Shown: positions 35,701 to 46,112 of the stretch, in pieces
How the letters are laid out: each line of letters begins with the position of its first letter
Numbering within the stretch: the first letter of the stretch is position 1
Assembly (NCBI GenBank): GCA_000004985.1
Contig: GG738879.1
Strand: one strand, 5' to 3'
Source: Naegleria gruberi
Lineage: Eukaryota
Length of the DNA stretch: 64,000 nt
Notes under the pieces: generated by a model
What the model was told of the DNA's origin: nothing
Seen by the model: only the letters and a program-made list of their open reading frames with translations
Databases searched by the model: none
Program-made: the position numbers and the translations under genes

Positions 35701-35879
35701 CTGATCCTAATTATTATGGAGATGCTTGTCAATTCAAAAAATGCTTTTCTGATAATGGAGCTAACTCAAAGAGGAATACATTTGCAGATCGATTGTGTAA
35801 TGATATTAATGTGCAAATGTTGGATATTCCAAAGCCAAAATCAACTGGAGATATGAGTGGTCAACCTATTATCACATAA
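32753..35879 (+). CDS. secreted/membrane-anchored protein with RCC1-like beta-propeller repeats followed by EGF-like (tenascin-type) repeats; exons 32753..33801 and 33851..35879
   Basis: GTATGT donor at 33802 and aacatAG acceptor at 33850 (49-nt intron), phase 2, joining …GKNR/SYGLFGIPPDD… Hydrophobic signal/anchor (alternative ATG 32861: MLSTNCHYFSLKVVLLSLFIVVLTLS). At least 10 RCC1-type repeats (YSWGLNLDGQTG, VFSWGDYNYGMRG, VYAFGGNNYGQVN, FYSWGSNDNGFLCLGD…). Five Cys-rich EGF-like modules (CNGRGFC…CSCETSGWTGSDC…). Confidence 0.8.
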
Positions 35880-36135
35880 TTTAATTTGAAATTCATTACA
35901 ATTTGGATAATTACTTTCAAAAATAATAAATTGTACTAGCTGGCAAGTATATCTACTGGAAATAAACACCTTGTTTGCACTTTTCTCATTAGCATTCCTT
36001 TCAAAATCCTCAAATCCTTACAACCATTCTACTCCTTCTCATTTCTCTCAATAAAAAAACAAATAAAAATTGCTTGCCCAAAGGAATAAGAGTTTTATTT
36101 TTAGATTCTTATTGAAATTTTAATACAACAAAAAA

Positions 36136-37131
36136 ATGACCAACGTACAACAAGTCTTGCCAGTTTATCAACAATTCAAGGATGCCTTTGATAGGAATGA
36201 ATTGGAAAAGGCCGTGCAATTAGTGGCCCAATTAAAGGTTAGTATTTATAATAGAATGGAAGGAATATTCATGATTTTATGTTATTCTTGTGCTGATCAA
36301 TGTGTTTGGAATGATATTTTGATCATTTGATGGATGTTTAATAATGATGATAATTGCTCACAACATACAACATTGACCAATATTTACAACAAAATGAATA
36401 TTATTAATTCCATATAATAGAAACTCCTTGTTCAATTACCATCATTCCTTTCTATAACAGCTGGTTTACTCAATGACATTGTTCTCAACGAAGAAACAAC
36501 ACAAGAATTCCTTGTCATTAGAGAAGTTCTCGAACACGCTGTTATTTTAAGTGCCAAGACAAAAGATTTGGAATCATTTGAAAGAAATGTTAAACAAGTT
36601 AAAGCTTACTATGCCAATCAATTACCAGGAGTTCCAAAGAGTGCTCGTGAAGAATTAATTCTCGGATTGAATTTGTTGAGATTATTGGCACAAAATAGTA
36701 TTGCCGAATTTCATACTGAATTGGAATTAATCCCTATCGATCTTCACAAGAAGAGCATGTACATTAAGCACGCCATCCAAATGGAATTATTCTTGATGGA
36801 AGGTTCATATACAAAATTGAGAAGCCTCCGAGACAAGGCTCCTGCACCAGAATATAGCTTATTTATGGACTTGATGATTGATACCATCAGAAAGGAAATT
36901 GCCGATTGTACAGAACTCTCCTATGAAAGAATTAGTTTGTCTGGCTTGCAAAAACTCTTGCTCTTCCAAAATGAACAAGAAGCTAGAAATTTCTCCTCTT
37001 CCAGAATGTCTTGGTCGATTGAAAATGACGAAGTTGTATTTGAAAAGACTGCTGAAACAAAGAAGGATACCAGTAGAGATATCATTACCAGAACCCTTTT
37101 CTATGCAAAGGACATGGAAAGAATTGTATAA
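36136..37131 (+). CDS. 26S proteasome regulatory subunit Rpn12/PSMD8 homologue; exons 36136..36237 and 36421..37131
   Basis: GTTAGT donor at 36238 and ataatAG acceptor at 36420 (183-nt intron), phase 0, joining …VAQLK/KLLVQLPSF… PCI/CSN8-PSMD8 region (…KDLESFERNVKQVKAYYANQLPG…). Confidence 0.7.
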
Positions 37132-37282
37132 AATATTATAAGAACTATCTCTTTAGTAAATTAATGTAATGTCTTTGTAAAACATTTCTCATTTTAATAA
37201 TAATAAAATAATAAAAAATTATAATTTAGAATTTTCAATTATTTTAATTAAGATCAAAATATGTTTATTTTAACTATGTTAA

Positions 37283-38683
37283 TTACTTTGAAAAATAAGC
37301 GGCATTGTACAATTGATCATACTCCAGAACACATCCAGATTTTCGTTTCTTGGTCCAAGTTGCAGTGTCAAAGAAAAAGTAGGTTCCCTTTTCAGCTTTG
37401 GCATTTTGTTGGAAATCATTTACACTTTGATCTCTAATGAGCCACAATTGAGTTGGTTTGTGATATTTCCATCCTCTCTTTGACAGCTCTCTTGCAGCTA
37501 CAATTTGTAGCACATCACGTGGCATTGTGTAAAAGATATACAGCAGTGTTTCTTCTGTGAATTTGTCAACATGGAAGTCTTGTAACTGCACAGTAACCTT
37601 ATAACATTCTGGTAATTTGTAATCAGGTATAACATTTGATGGAGGAACCTCAGCAAAGGGAGAAGCAAAATTCTGATACAAAAACTCCGAAGCATTCAAG
37701 TTTAATCCTAGAGAGGTAAGATCCAATCCAAGAGCAAGAGCAGTCAAATCCGAATCTTTAGAAGCAAATGTATTGCTCAAACCTAACAGACCAAACTTAT
37801 CATCAGCAGTAGCAGTACGTTGTTGAATTGGTTGTTGTTGTTGTAAAGCTTGTTGTTGTTGAATTTGATAATACCTTTGTTCATATAGTAAAAACTCTTG
37901 TAAATGTTGTTCTATAGCGGAATTATCATAACCATTTTGTTGAGCAATATTTCTAACTTGTATCAGAGCTGCTTGTCTTTGTTGAGGATTAGCATTCAAA
38001 ACATTTCTGAAAATGTTATGTTGAGGGAGTGGAGGAAGTTTTTGGTTCATTGATGGATATTGACCGAATTGTTGTTGTCCATTAATCATTGACAAGATGG
38101 ATTCCGAAGGTCTATAGGAATCTCCTGTTGATGATGAAAGCAAATTTGATCCATTAGCGTTTGGTGTTGTCGATCTGTGAATCAATTGTTGTGTTGGAGA
38201 TACACTTGTTGGTGGATATTTGTTTGTATTACCAACATTTGATGATACATTGTTTTGATTTCCTTGATTTTGGAAAATACCTTGGTTATTCATTTGGTTA
38301 TTCATACCCGTTGATCCTCTAATGATATTATTATTAACTCCTTGTTGTGTACCTGTCATTGTATTCATGTTCATTCCACGGAAGGCATTACCATTTTGTC
38401 CCAAACCAGATGAAGCCATAAAACCCATTGGTGCTTGTTGATTTAAATTTCTACCCATCATATTATTTGCTCCAATAGAATTCATACCAACACCATTATT
38501 ATTTAATGATGACCCAAATTGTTGTTGTTGTCCTAATCCATTTTGGGTCAGTGCATTCAAATAACCATTCACTTGCATTGATGATCCTCCTGATGATGGT
38601 ACATTCATTAAATTATTAGTATTACCCAGGTTTTGATTTAATCCTTGAGAGGCAGAACTAGCATACGACGATGTATTTTTCAT
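37283..38683 (-). CDS. CCR4-NOT complex subunit 2 (NOT2/NOT3/NOT5 family) homologue
   Basis: Single exon. Q/N/G-rich N-terminal half. C-terminal NOT box (…DFHVDKFTEETLLYIFYTMPRDVLQIVAARELSKRGWKYHKPTQLWL…TYFFFDTATWTKK…). ATG at 38683 (MKNTSSY) after aaaaaaaa. Confidence 0.8.
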   Translation of the reverse strand: MKNTSSYASSASQGLNQNLGNTNNLMNVPSSGGSSMQVNGYLNALTQNGLGQQQQFGSSLNNNGVGMNSIGANNMMGRNLNQQAPMGFMASSGLGQNGNAFRGMNMNTMTGTQQGVNNNIIRGSTGMNNQMNNQGIFQNQGNQNNVSSNVGNTNKYPPTSVSPTQQLIHRSTTPNANGSNLLSSSTGDSYRPSESILSMINGQQQFGQYPSMNQKLPPLPQHNIFRNVLNANPQQRQAALIQVRNIAQQNGYDNSAIEQHLQEFLLYEQRYYQIQQQQALQQQQPIQQRTATADDKFGLLGLSNTFASKDSDLTALALGLDLTSLGLNLNASEFLYQNFASPFAEVPPSNVIPDYKLPECYKVTVQLQDFHVDKFTEETLLYIFYTMPRDVLQIVAARELSKRGWKYHKPTQLWLIRDQSVNDFQQNAKAEKGTYFFFDTATWTKKRKSGCVLEYDQLYNAAYFSK

Positions 38684-38955
38684 TTTTTTTAAAATGTATT
38701 TTTTTAAAGTTATAAAAATGAAAAAAAGTAAAAATAGCAAGAAATATCGAGAAAATGATAAATTGTCAATTTACGAAAGAATTACTTGGTCGACTAACAA
38801 GAATTATTCACTAATGAGAGGGAAACATTGTCGAGTCTCTTTTTATTGCATTTAAATGGCACACTTCTCATTGAACTCACTTTCAAAATTTCAAATTATC
38901 AAAATTTGTGAATCTCACACATTGCTTTCAAAAAGGTGGAGCAAAATTTGGGTTT

Positions 38956-39483
38956 TTACCACTTCTTGTAGAGATCAACTCTTCTCTTGTGGTTTCTTCT
39001 CTTACCACCTCTTCTCTTATGATTCTTTCTGAACTTTTTACCATAGGTATCAATTCTCTTCTTGTGGAATCTTCTCTTACCATGTCTCTTACCGTGTCTC
39101 TTGTTCTTTCTGAACTTTTTACCATAGGTATCGATTCTCTTTCTCTTATAAATATCAATTCTCTTCTTGTTGTGTCTTCTCTTTCCGTATCTCTTACCAT
39201 GTCTTCTCTTATTAACTCTTTTACCATAAGTATCAAACTTCTTCTTGTAAATATCGACTCTTCTCTTCTTATGGTTACGTCTTCTCTTCTTTCCATAGGA
39301 ATCAATGTACTTGTGAGGTCTTCTCTTGTGGAGGTGTCTCTTCTTGTGCTTTCTTACTCTTGGAATATAGGTTGAGAGAGTGGAAACACTTTGAGTTTCT
39401 TCTTCACCACGAACATTTCTAATGGTGAGAGCGAGGATTGTCAATGTTAAGGCAATCAATAGAATGGAAACTATTCTTTTCAT
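38956..39483 (-). CDS. secreted, extremely basic tandem-repeat protein (Lys/Arg/His with recurring (I/V)DxYGKK units)
   Basis: 175-aa ORF with signal peptide MKRIVSILLIALTLTILALTIRNVRG. The rest is about 60% K/R/H in imperfect 25-30-aa repeats (…HKKRIDTYGKKFRKNKRHGKRHGKRRF…). The opposite-strand ORF (38908..39375, S/L-rich) is an artefact of the DNA tandem repeats and lacks a signal peptide or start context. Confidence 0.5.
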   Translation of the reverse strand: MKRIVSILLIALTLTILALTIRNVRGEEETQSVSTLSTYIPRVRKHKKRHLHKRRPHKYIDSYGKKRRRNHKKRRVDIYKKKFDTYGKRVNKRRHGKRYGKRRHNKKRIDIYKRKRIDTYGKKFRKNKRHGKRHGKRRFHKKRIDTYGKKFRKNHKRRGGKRRNHKRRVDLYKKW

Positions 39484-39773
39484 TCTTGTTTTTTTTTCTT
39501 GTTGAATGATTGGAAGGAAGAGAGGGAATGAGTGAGATTTATAGTTCTTTGGGTGGGTAATGTGAAATGGTTGATCGACTTTTATGGAAAGAATGAAACT
39601 TGTCTACTTTCCATAAATGAAACATTTTTGACTTTGGAAAACTAACAAGAGAAAGAACTGTGTGGGTAATGACCGAGTTTAATGATCATCACTTTTGGGA
39701 TTTTCAGTATAAATAGGGCATTCCTTATTCGAATCAATTGAGAAGATTCTTCAAAATATTCAAATGTTGTGTT

Positions 39774-42121
39774 CTATCCAAAAACAATGTACATGACGCA
39801 CAACAGACCAATCAAAATCACAGAAAGTGCAACATTCAATACGTGATCAAAGTGATTCTTAATAGTTTCCTTAAATGATGTTTGTTGATTGTAAAACTCT
39901 CTTGCTGATTTCCATAATTGAGAATAATTCAACGTCAAATTTTCAGTCTTTTCAGGAGTGGATGATCCAGTTATATAAGAAATCAAGAATAAACAAATAA
40001 TACTCAACAATGCCATACAAGCACTAAAATGCAAAAAGTTTGATCTGATAAATATTTGTACTAAAGTTCTAGACCAATCTGGAAGTTTGTAAATATCAAA
40101 TGCATTACTATTGAACATGGCTTCCAAGAATAATCTCGATAATCCAATAGTATTTCCCAAAATTAAAGTGAATAAACTTCCATAATGGTTTGGTGTCTTT
40201 GAGAGAATTCCCATCAAGAAAATGACAGCAATTGGAGCTGCCAAATAGCCCATAACTTTGTGAGTGTAAATGTAAAGTTGTTTGGAGAGGACTTGAACGA
40301 CTGGAATGAAACCAAGACCAACTACTGTAACAACAGCACCTGCAATCTTACCAACAATGACATATTCGGTATTTCTGTTTGGTAGTTCAGAAGTTGAATC
40401 TTCGGCAGCTTCTCTTGGAGTTGATGGAGAATCATTCATTGGATCCAATTCTCCCAAATCAGAAACTGAAGCAGATGGTTTAGTTTCATCCAATTGAATT
40501 TCAATTTCTTCTTCAATTCTTGGTTCATTCTTTTCTTCAATGACTTCGATATTAGATTCAGCATTCAATTTAACATTTTCAGCCAATTTCTTTCTATCAA
40601 AATACTCTCTCACTACTCTATACAAATCCATTGTAAACAAAGTACTCGATGAGTGGAAAATACTTGCTAAACTACTCATCAAGGCAGCCAAAATGGCAGC
40701 AATAATTAAACCCTTAACACCAACAGGAACCAACTTGTCAATTAAAAGAATGTAAGCCACATTAGGATCCTTTTCAACTTGAGGAATCAAAACTCTGGCA
40801 ATCATTCCAGGAATAACCATTAAAAAGAATGGTAAAAATTTGAGGAAAGCTGCCAAGATACATCCTCGAATGGCATTAGCAAGATCTTTGGCAGCAAGTG
40901 CTCTTTGTACAATGGATTGATCTGTACACCAATACCTATTATTATTATTAAAAAATAAGAATATTCAATTATTACAATAAAAATTGTAAAATTTCAATAA
41001 ATTCAAAACATACCACATTGAAGTCCAAGACATTCCCAAAAAGACTCCAGTCACTGGGAAATCATGATGCCAAGGGGGTTGAAACAAGTGTAACATACTG
41101 TCTGGGAGTTGTTCTTTCAGATGTGAATAGCCACCAACTTGAACCATTCCTTGTGCATAAACTAACAAGGCACCAATAACTAAAACACCAGTTTGCAAAA
41201 CTTCAGTATAAATAACTGCACTCAATCCTCCCAAAACTGTATAAATACCTGTTGCTACGACCACTGCTGCAGCAGAAACCCAAATATTCCATCCTAAAAG
41301 TCTATTCGAAACCATTTCCAATAATTCTCAATAAATTCCACAACAATTTCAATTACTTACACTTGGAAAACCACAACACCAGCATAAATAGAAACACTAA
41401 TCTTTGTCATGACATACATTACCAAAGATAACAAACTCAAATACATTCTGGAAGTTCTATCAAATCTCTTTTCAATAAATTCAGGTAATGTATAAACTTT
41501 AGTTTTCAAATAGAATGGAATAAACAACCATCCCAACACTAAAATCCAAACAGGTGAATACAATTCTGCCATGCCAACTGCCAATCCAATTGAAGCTCCA
41601 CTCGATGACAGTCCAATAATATGTTCTGCTCCAATATTTGAGGCAAATAATGAACAAGCAATAGCAATGGCTCCAATATTACCATTGGCAAGGAAAAAGT
41701 CTTTGGAACTCTTCTTTTCTTCCTCTTGTTTTGTGTTATCTTCCTTGTTTTCAACAGACACCACTACTCCTTCGGAATTGTTTTGATCCAAAGCAGTACT
41801 AGAGCCACTAATACTTGTGGCCACATCATAGAGAGAATCCTTGGAAGGAATTGGTTGCATGGCCACATCACCATACGGATCATGTTCCTTTAAATGTTGT
41901 GGTATTTGCTGCTGATTAGACTTGAATTTAGATTGCAACCACCGATAGACTCTTTTGATATATGACCACAATGAAGAGTGCAATCCAACAATAATAACCA
42001 ATATAAAGTAAATGACAATCACGGCAATATCCAATGGTTGAAGAGGTGAAGCACCCGATGATGTAGATGATGATGATGAACTTGTTGACATTCTTTTATT
42101 TAAATTGATGTATTTCAACAA
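39774..42121 (-). CDS. sodium:solute symporter (SSF/SLC5 family); exons 42121..41361, 41301..41014, 40935..39774
   Basis: GTAAGT donor at 41360 and cgaatAG acceptor at 41302 (59-nt intron, phase 2: …VVVFQ-V-LLGWNIW). GTATGT donor at 41013 and ataatAG acceptor at 40936 (78-nt intron, phase 2: …TSM-W-YWCTDQSIVQRALAAK). SSF motifs FFLANGNIGAIAIACSLFASNIGAEHIIGLSSSG, YTLPEFIEKRF, GGLSAVIYTEVLQT. Two long hydrophilic insert loops. Confidence 0.85.
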
Positions 42122-42437
42122 GATATTATTATTACACTACTACTTTCAATATATTGTGTAGTTTTGAAGAGAGAGAATGTGTGATGATGAAATGTTGCTT
42201 CCTCTCTCGGGGTTTTGAAGGAGTGAACAAGGAGGATCCAATAGGTGGTCTGATGTAGCTCCTTTCTTTTGTGTTAGTACTTCCGTTCCATCCATCAAAA
42301 TTGTTTGGATTTTCCAACTTCAAGTAATAATGGATTCTCACAGAGAAAACACTTCATCAAAATTATGAAAGAAGGTATTCCACATTTCGTCATCTTGTGT
42401 TGTTTCACCCTTTCTCTCTGATGTTGGATAACAGTTT

Positions 42438-43520
42438 TTACAATAAAGTTGTTTGTAAATAGTAGGAATCAATTTGTTGGAGAATGGAGAGGAAACTTGA
42501 TGAAAACAATTCAAATTCTCTATCTGTGATACATGTCTTTTCGGAGGAATAGGAGGCCTTTTCTAAGAATTTCAAATATCTTTCACAATCTTCCTGTGAA
42601 AAACCAACTCTATCTCGAATATATTCAATGATTTGACGAGTGGTAATTCCCAATTGATTACAAGGTAAATCACAACTTAAACCAGCTGCTTGTTCAATGA
42701 TTATGATTGAATGTTGAATGAATTGTTTGTAAGAAATTGGTTGAGTTTCTAATAGAGATTTACGTTCTTGAAGGAGAGCTTCATTGTCTCTTCTATTGTG
42801 AATGGTTGTGTATTCGTCGAGTCCATCATCATCAATGAATGACTGACTTGTTTTAAGGTGACTTTCCATAGCATCTGTTCTTCGTTTTGGTGTTAGAATT
42901 TGACTGGAAGAATTTGGTATCGCTTTGGGTTTTGGTGAATCTTGATTGCTTGTGGATTCTTCTGCTTTCCAATGCCATGAGTTTTTCAGATTGGCAGTGG
43001 TTGCTTGTTGGGTTGGTGTTCTAAAGTTGGGCATTGTGGCAGGAGAGCTAGGACTCGATAAGGCATATCTTGATTGAGTGTAAATTGAATCGAAACCATC
43101 AACTTGATGATGTTTCATATCTACTGCACTAAGTGTATTAATCACCTTTTCCTGAATGCCCCAAACGTACTTTGAAAACGATTGAGTCATTTCATATTCC
43201 TTCTTTGATCCGAAGGTTTTCCTTGGAGCATCCTTCTTTGAAGATGCTAGCTGCTTATTCATCATCATCTTTTGATTTTGAATCATCATTTGAATGTGAT
43301 TGGTTTTTCCGACCTTTGCAATCTTAATTCCTCTATGGAGTCTTCTCTTACACAGCACAATGATAATGAAGAATAGACCAATCAGTACAATGAAGGGAAC
43401 TACAATTAATACTACACCTGTTGTGTCGACCACCGAAATTGTTGTTTCTGTTGTTGCTGTTGTTTCTAGAGTAGTTTCATGTTGAAGAGTTTCATCATGT
43501 TCAAGTAAAATTGCTTCCAT
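42438..43520 (-). CDS. single-pass transmembrane protein, unknown function
   Basis: 360-aa ORF. Thr-rich ectodomain stub, TM helix VVLIVVPFIVLIGLFFIIIVL followed by KRRLHR stop-transfer, Ser/Thr/Pro-rich cytoplasmic region, conserved-looking C-terminal about 90 aa. Confidence 0.5.
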   Translation of the reverse strand: MEAILLEHDETLQHETTLETTATTETTISVVDTTGVVLIVVPFIVLIGLFFIIIVLCKRRLHRGIKIAKVGKTNHIQMMIQNQKMMMNKQLASSKKDAPRKTFGSKKEYEMTQSFSKYVWGIQEKVINTLSAVDMKHHQVDGFDSIYTQSRYALSSPSSPATMPNFRTPTQQATTANLKNSWHWKAEESTSNQDSPKPKAIPNSSSQILTPKRRTDAMESHLKTSQSFIDDDGLDEYTTIHNRRDNEALLQERKSLLETQPISYKQFIQHSIIIIEQAAGLSCDLPCNQLGITTRQIIEYIRDRVGFSQEDCERYLKFLEKASYSSEKTCITDREFELFSSSFLSILQQIDSYYLQTTLL

Positions 43521-43687
43521 CTTAATATTTGAAATTAATTGTGATGATATATAGTATTAAATTAATACATGATTAAGATGATGATGAGATCGAGAGAGGG
43601 GTGAGATGTGAGTAAATAGTTGTGAAATTATTTTTTATCTTTTAAAAGTAAGATGATCTATAGATTATTTCGATTTATGGAATTGAT

Positions 43688-45940
43688 TTAAAGGGAGGCC
43701 ATATCATTATAGAATGCTCTAGTGAGAGAAATGGCTGGATTAATTGAAGATGGGGATGATGCAAGTTGGACGGCGGAAGGATCTGTAACTCTGTAGAAAG
43801 TATAGTTTGAGGAGGTATTCTTATTGGAGGAGGCATCAACAATGAGTTTCAATTCGTGTAATTCTCTCTTGAAATTTTGATAATAGCCATTGAGTGAGGT
43901 AGCCAACATGAATAATTTCAATTTGGCATCGAATAACAAGTATTCCTTTGTGCATGAGAAATAGGTTTGTAAGTATTGGAGATAGGCAAAGGCCAAACCA
44001 CGTGACTTGTTTTCTTCAAAGACACGAGTGAGTTTGTCCTTATGAATGGCCTTAATAGCATATTGAGCGAAAATGATAAAGTAATTGACTGGAACACCTA
44101 AATCCATTTGAATACTTCTCAGTAAATCGTTACATTTCAACAAAAGCAAAACCTTACGATCGAGATCTCCCAAAACCTTAGCAATGTCCATAAAGTGCTT
44201 TTGACTGTATGCTAAGAGCTTATTCTTAGATTGTTTACGTTGATCTTCTTCTTGTTGATGTACAGTGTAGAGATTTTCATCAGCATCGTGAGCTCTGGCT
44301 GTCAGAATAACTTTGAGTAATTCAGAGAAGAGTGGACCATCTCCCTTTCTATCGGCAAGACCCAACTTTTTAGAGACAGTATTGAGCTCTTCTTCATTGT
44401 AGTCAACAATAGCTTTCCACAATCTACAGTACAAAATCTTGAAATCATTATCGAGTTGATGATAGAGGCCATGATCAATAATGACTAATTGTATAGCATT
44501 ATTCCACGAATCCTTCTTTCTACTAACAATAATATTACCAGGGTGAGGGTCAGCATGGACAAATCCCTTAGAGAAGATTTGTTCACTGAAGGCATGGGAG
44601 AGGAGATAGCTGATATAACCTACATCAATATCGAGCCCCTTCTCCTTCATGGAATGAATATCTGTAACCTTGAATCCTTCAACAAATTCAATGGTGAGAA
44701 CCTTATCAGTACAGTGAGTCCAATAAACAAATGGAGTTCTGACATGATCTTTGAGTCTTGGTACAGTTTCCAATTTTTTGCCTAACAAGTAGCAATTCTT
44801 TGCTTCATTTAAAAAGTTCAATTCAAATGGTAAATTCATCTCAAATTCATTACAAATCCATTGAAGTTTAGTGTCTTTGAATGCAAATTCAGCTGCAGCA
44901 ATAAGTCTTTTCAAAAGTTTGGAATCTGCAGATAAACTTCCTTCCAAATCTGGATATTGAACTTTGAGGGCAACCTTTTTACCAGAGCCTTTCAAATAGG
45001 CAACATGAACTTGAGCTAAAGAACCAGCAGCTATTGGCTTTGATTCAATTTTAGAAAAGTATTCTTCATAGAGTGGATCAATAGCACCCTTTTCTAAAGT
45101 CTTGACACCTGTCAATTGTTCTCTGATAAATGATTCAATTATAGACCATGGTCTTGTTGGTGCCTTGTCTTGGCATGGCTTGAATCCATCAGTAAATTCT
45201 GGTGGTAAAACTTGATTTAATGAGGCAATATGTTGGCCAGCCTTGATGAAAACACCACCATTGGCCAAACATAATTGAACAAGTCTTTGAGCACTTCTTT
45301 TGTGAACTTCACTCTTGTGTTCCATAACTTGGTCCTCTGTGACACCTTCAACATTATTCATTGTGTTAAAATTCATCTTATAGTCCACAACAACAATACC
45401 GAGGGCAACAAATGATCTGATAATTTTGATGACAGATTCGATTTGATGTGGCATTGTAAAATGATATTGATAGAATGGTTGAGTGTGAGGAATATTTGAT
45501 GATTCTCCTTCGTCAACATCACTCAACTCTTCATCAAGGAAAATAATATCCTTCACACTATAACCAATGAGAAGAATAGTAAAAGTAGAGAAGGCAATCC
45601 ATACATAACCAACACGACGCACAGTTGGACTGAGTAATTGCTTCTTTTCTGTATGAGATGAAGAGTGTTTTTGATCAAAATTTTGTTTTTGATTGAATTT
45701 CCTAGATGTTGTTGAGTAATTTCTTCTTATTTCTGATTGAACAGAGGAGAGGAAGGCTTGTTTGTTGGACAAGAAACCATGTTGATTCTTTCCTTCCATC
45801 ATTAATAATCGATTATCAACTCCAATCACATTACTATTAATATTCCGTGTTGAATTGGTGAGTGAACAAGCCGATTGCTTCACCCTCGTCAACAGGTGTT
45901 GTTTGTGTTGAGAGAAAAGCAGCGAAGAGGACTTGAACAT
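43688..45940 (-). CDS. ABC1/ADCK (UbiB-family) atypical protein kinase, mitochondrial-type (ADCK1/5-like)
   Basis: 750-aa single exon. N-terminal presequence, one TM, ABC1 domain (…AAGSLAQVHVAYLKGSGKKVALKVQYPDL…), kinase-like core FVHADPHPGNIIV, IDHGL. Confidence 0.85.
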   Translation of the reverse strand: MFKSSSLLFSQHKQHLLTRVKQSACSLTNSTRNINSNVIGVDNRLLMMEGKNQHGFLSNKQAFLSSVQSEIRRNYSTTSRKFNQKQNFDQKHSSSHTEKKQLLSPTVRRVGYVWIAFSTFTILLIGYSVKDIIFLDEELSDVDEGESSNIPHTQPFYQYHFTMPHQIESVIKIIRSFVALGIVVVDYKMNFNTMNNVEGVTEDQVMEHKSEVHKRSAQRLVQLCLANGGVFIKAGQHIASLNQVLPPEFTDGFKPCQDKAPTRPWSIIESFIREQLTGVKTLEKGAIDPLYEEYFSKIESKPIAAGSLAQVHVAYLKGSGKKVALKVQYPDLEGSLSADSKLLKRLIAAAEFAFKDTKLQWICNEFEMNLPFELNFLNEAKNCYLLGKKLETVPRLKDHVRTPFVYWTHCTDKVLTIEFVEGFKVTDIHSMKEKGLDIDVGYISYLLSHAFSEQIFSKGFVHADPHPGNIIVSRKKDSWNNAIQLVIIDHGLYHQLDNDFKILYCRLWKAIVDYNEEELNTVSKKLGLADRKGDGPLFSELLKVILTARAHDADENLYTVHQQEEDQRKQSKNKLLAYSQKHFMDIAKVLGDLDRKVLLLLKCNDLLRSIQMDLGVPVNYFIIFAQYAIKAIHKDKLTRVFEENKSRGLAFAYLQYLQTYFSCTKEYLLFDAKLKLFMLATSLNGYYQNFKRELHELKLIVDASSNKNTSSNYTFYRVTDPSAVQLASSPSSINPAISLTRAFYNDMASL

Positions 45941-46112
45941 TTTTTTAAGTGAATTTTATTGTGTTGCACATAGTGCGCTGCAGTAGGAACAAGTTCCCGA
46001 CAAGACCGAAACGCAGGGGTTTTTTCGCTTACTTTTATTGTAGACATTATTTGGAAGAGATTGAGCAACCACAAAGCTGTACAGGTGAGATTTTAGTTTT
46101 TATACAAGATGT

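Noticed and set aside
38908-39375. Plus-strand 155-aa S/L-rich ORF overlapping the basic-repeat gene
   Set aside because: Antisense artefact of the tandem DNA repeat. Low-complexity hydrophobic translation, no signal peptide or start context. The minus-strand ORF has a credible signal peptide.
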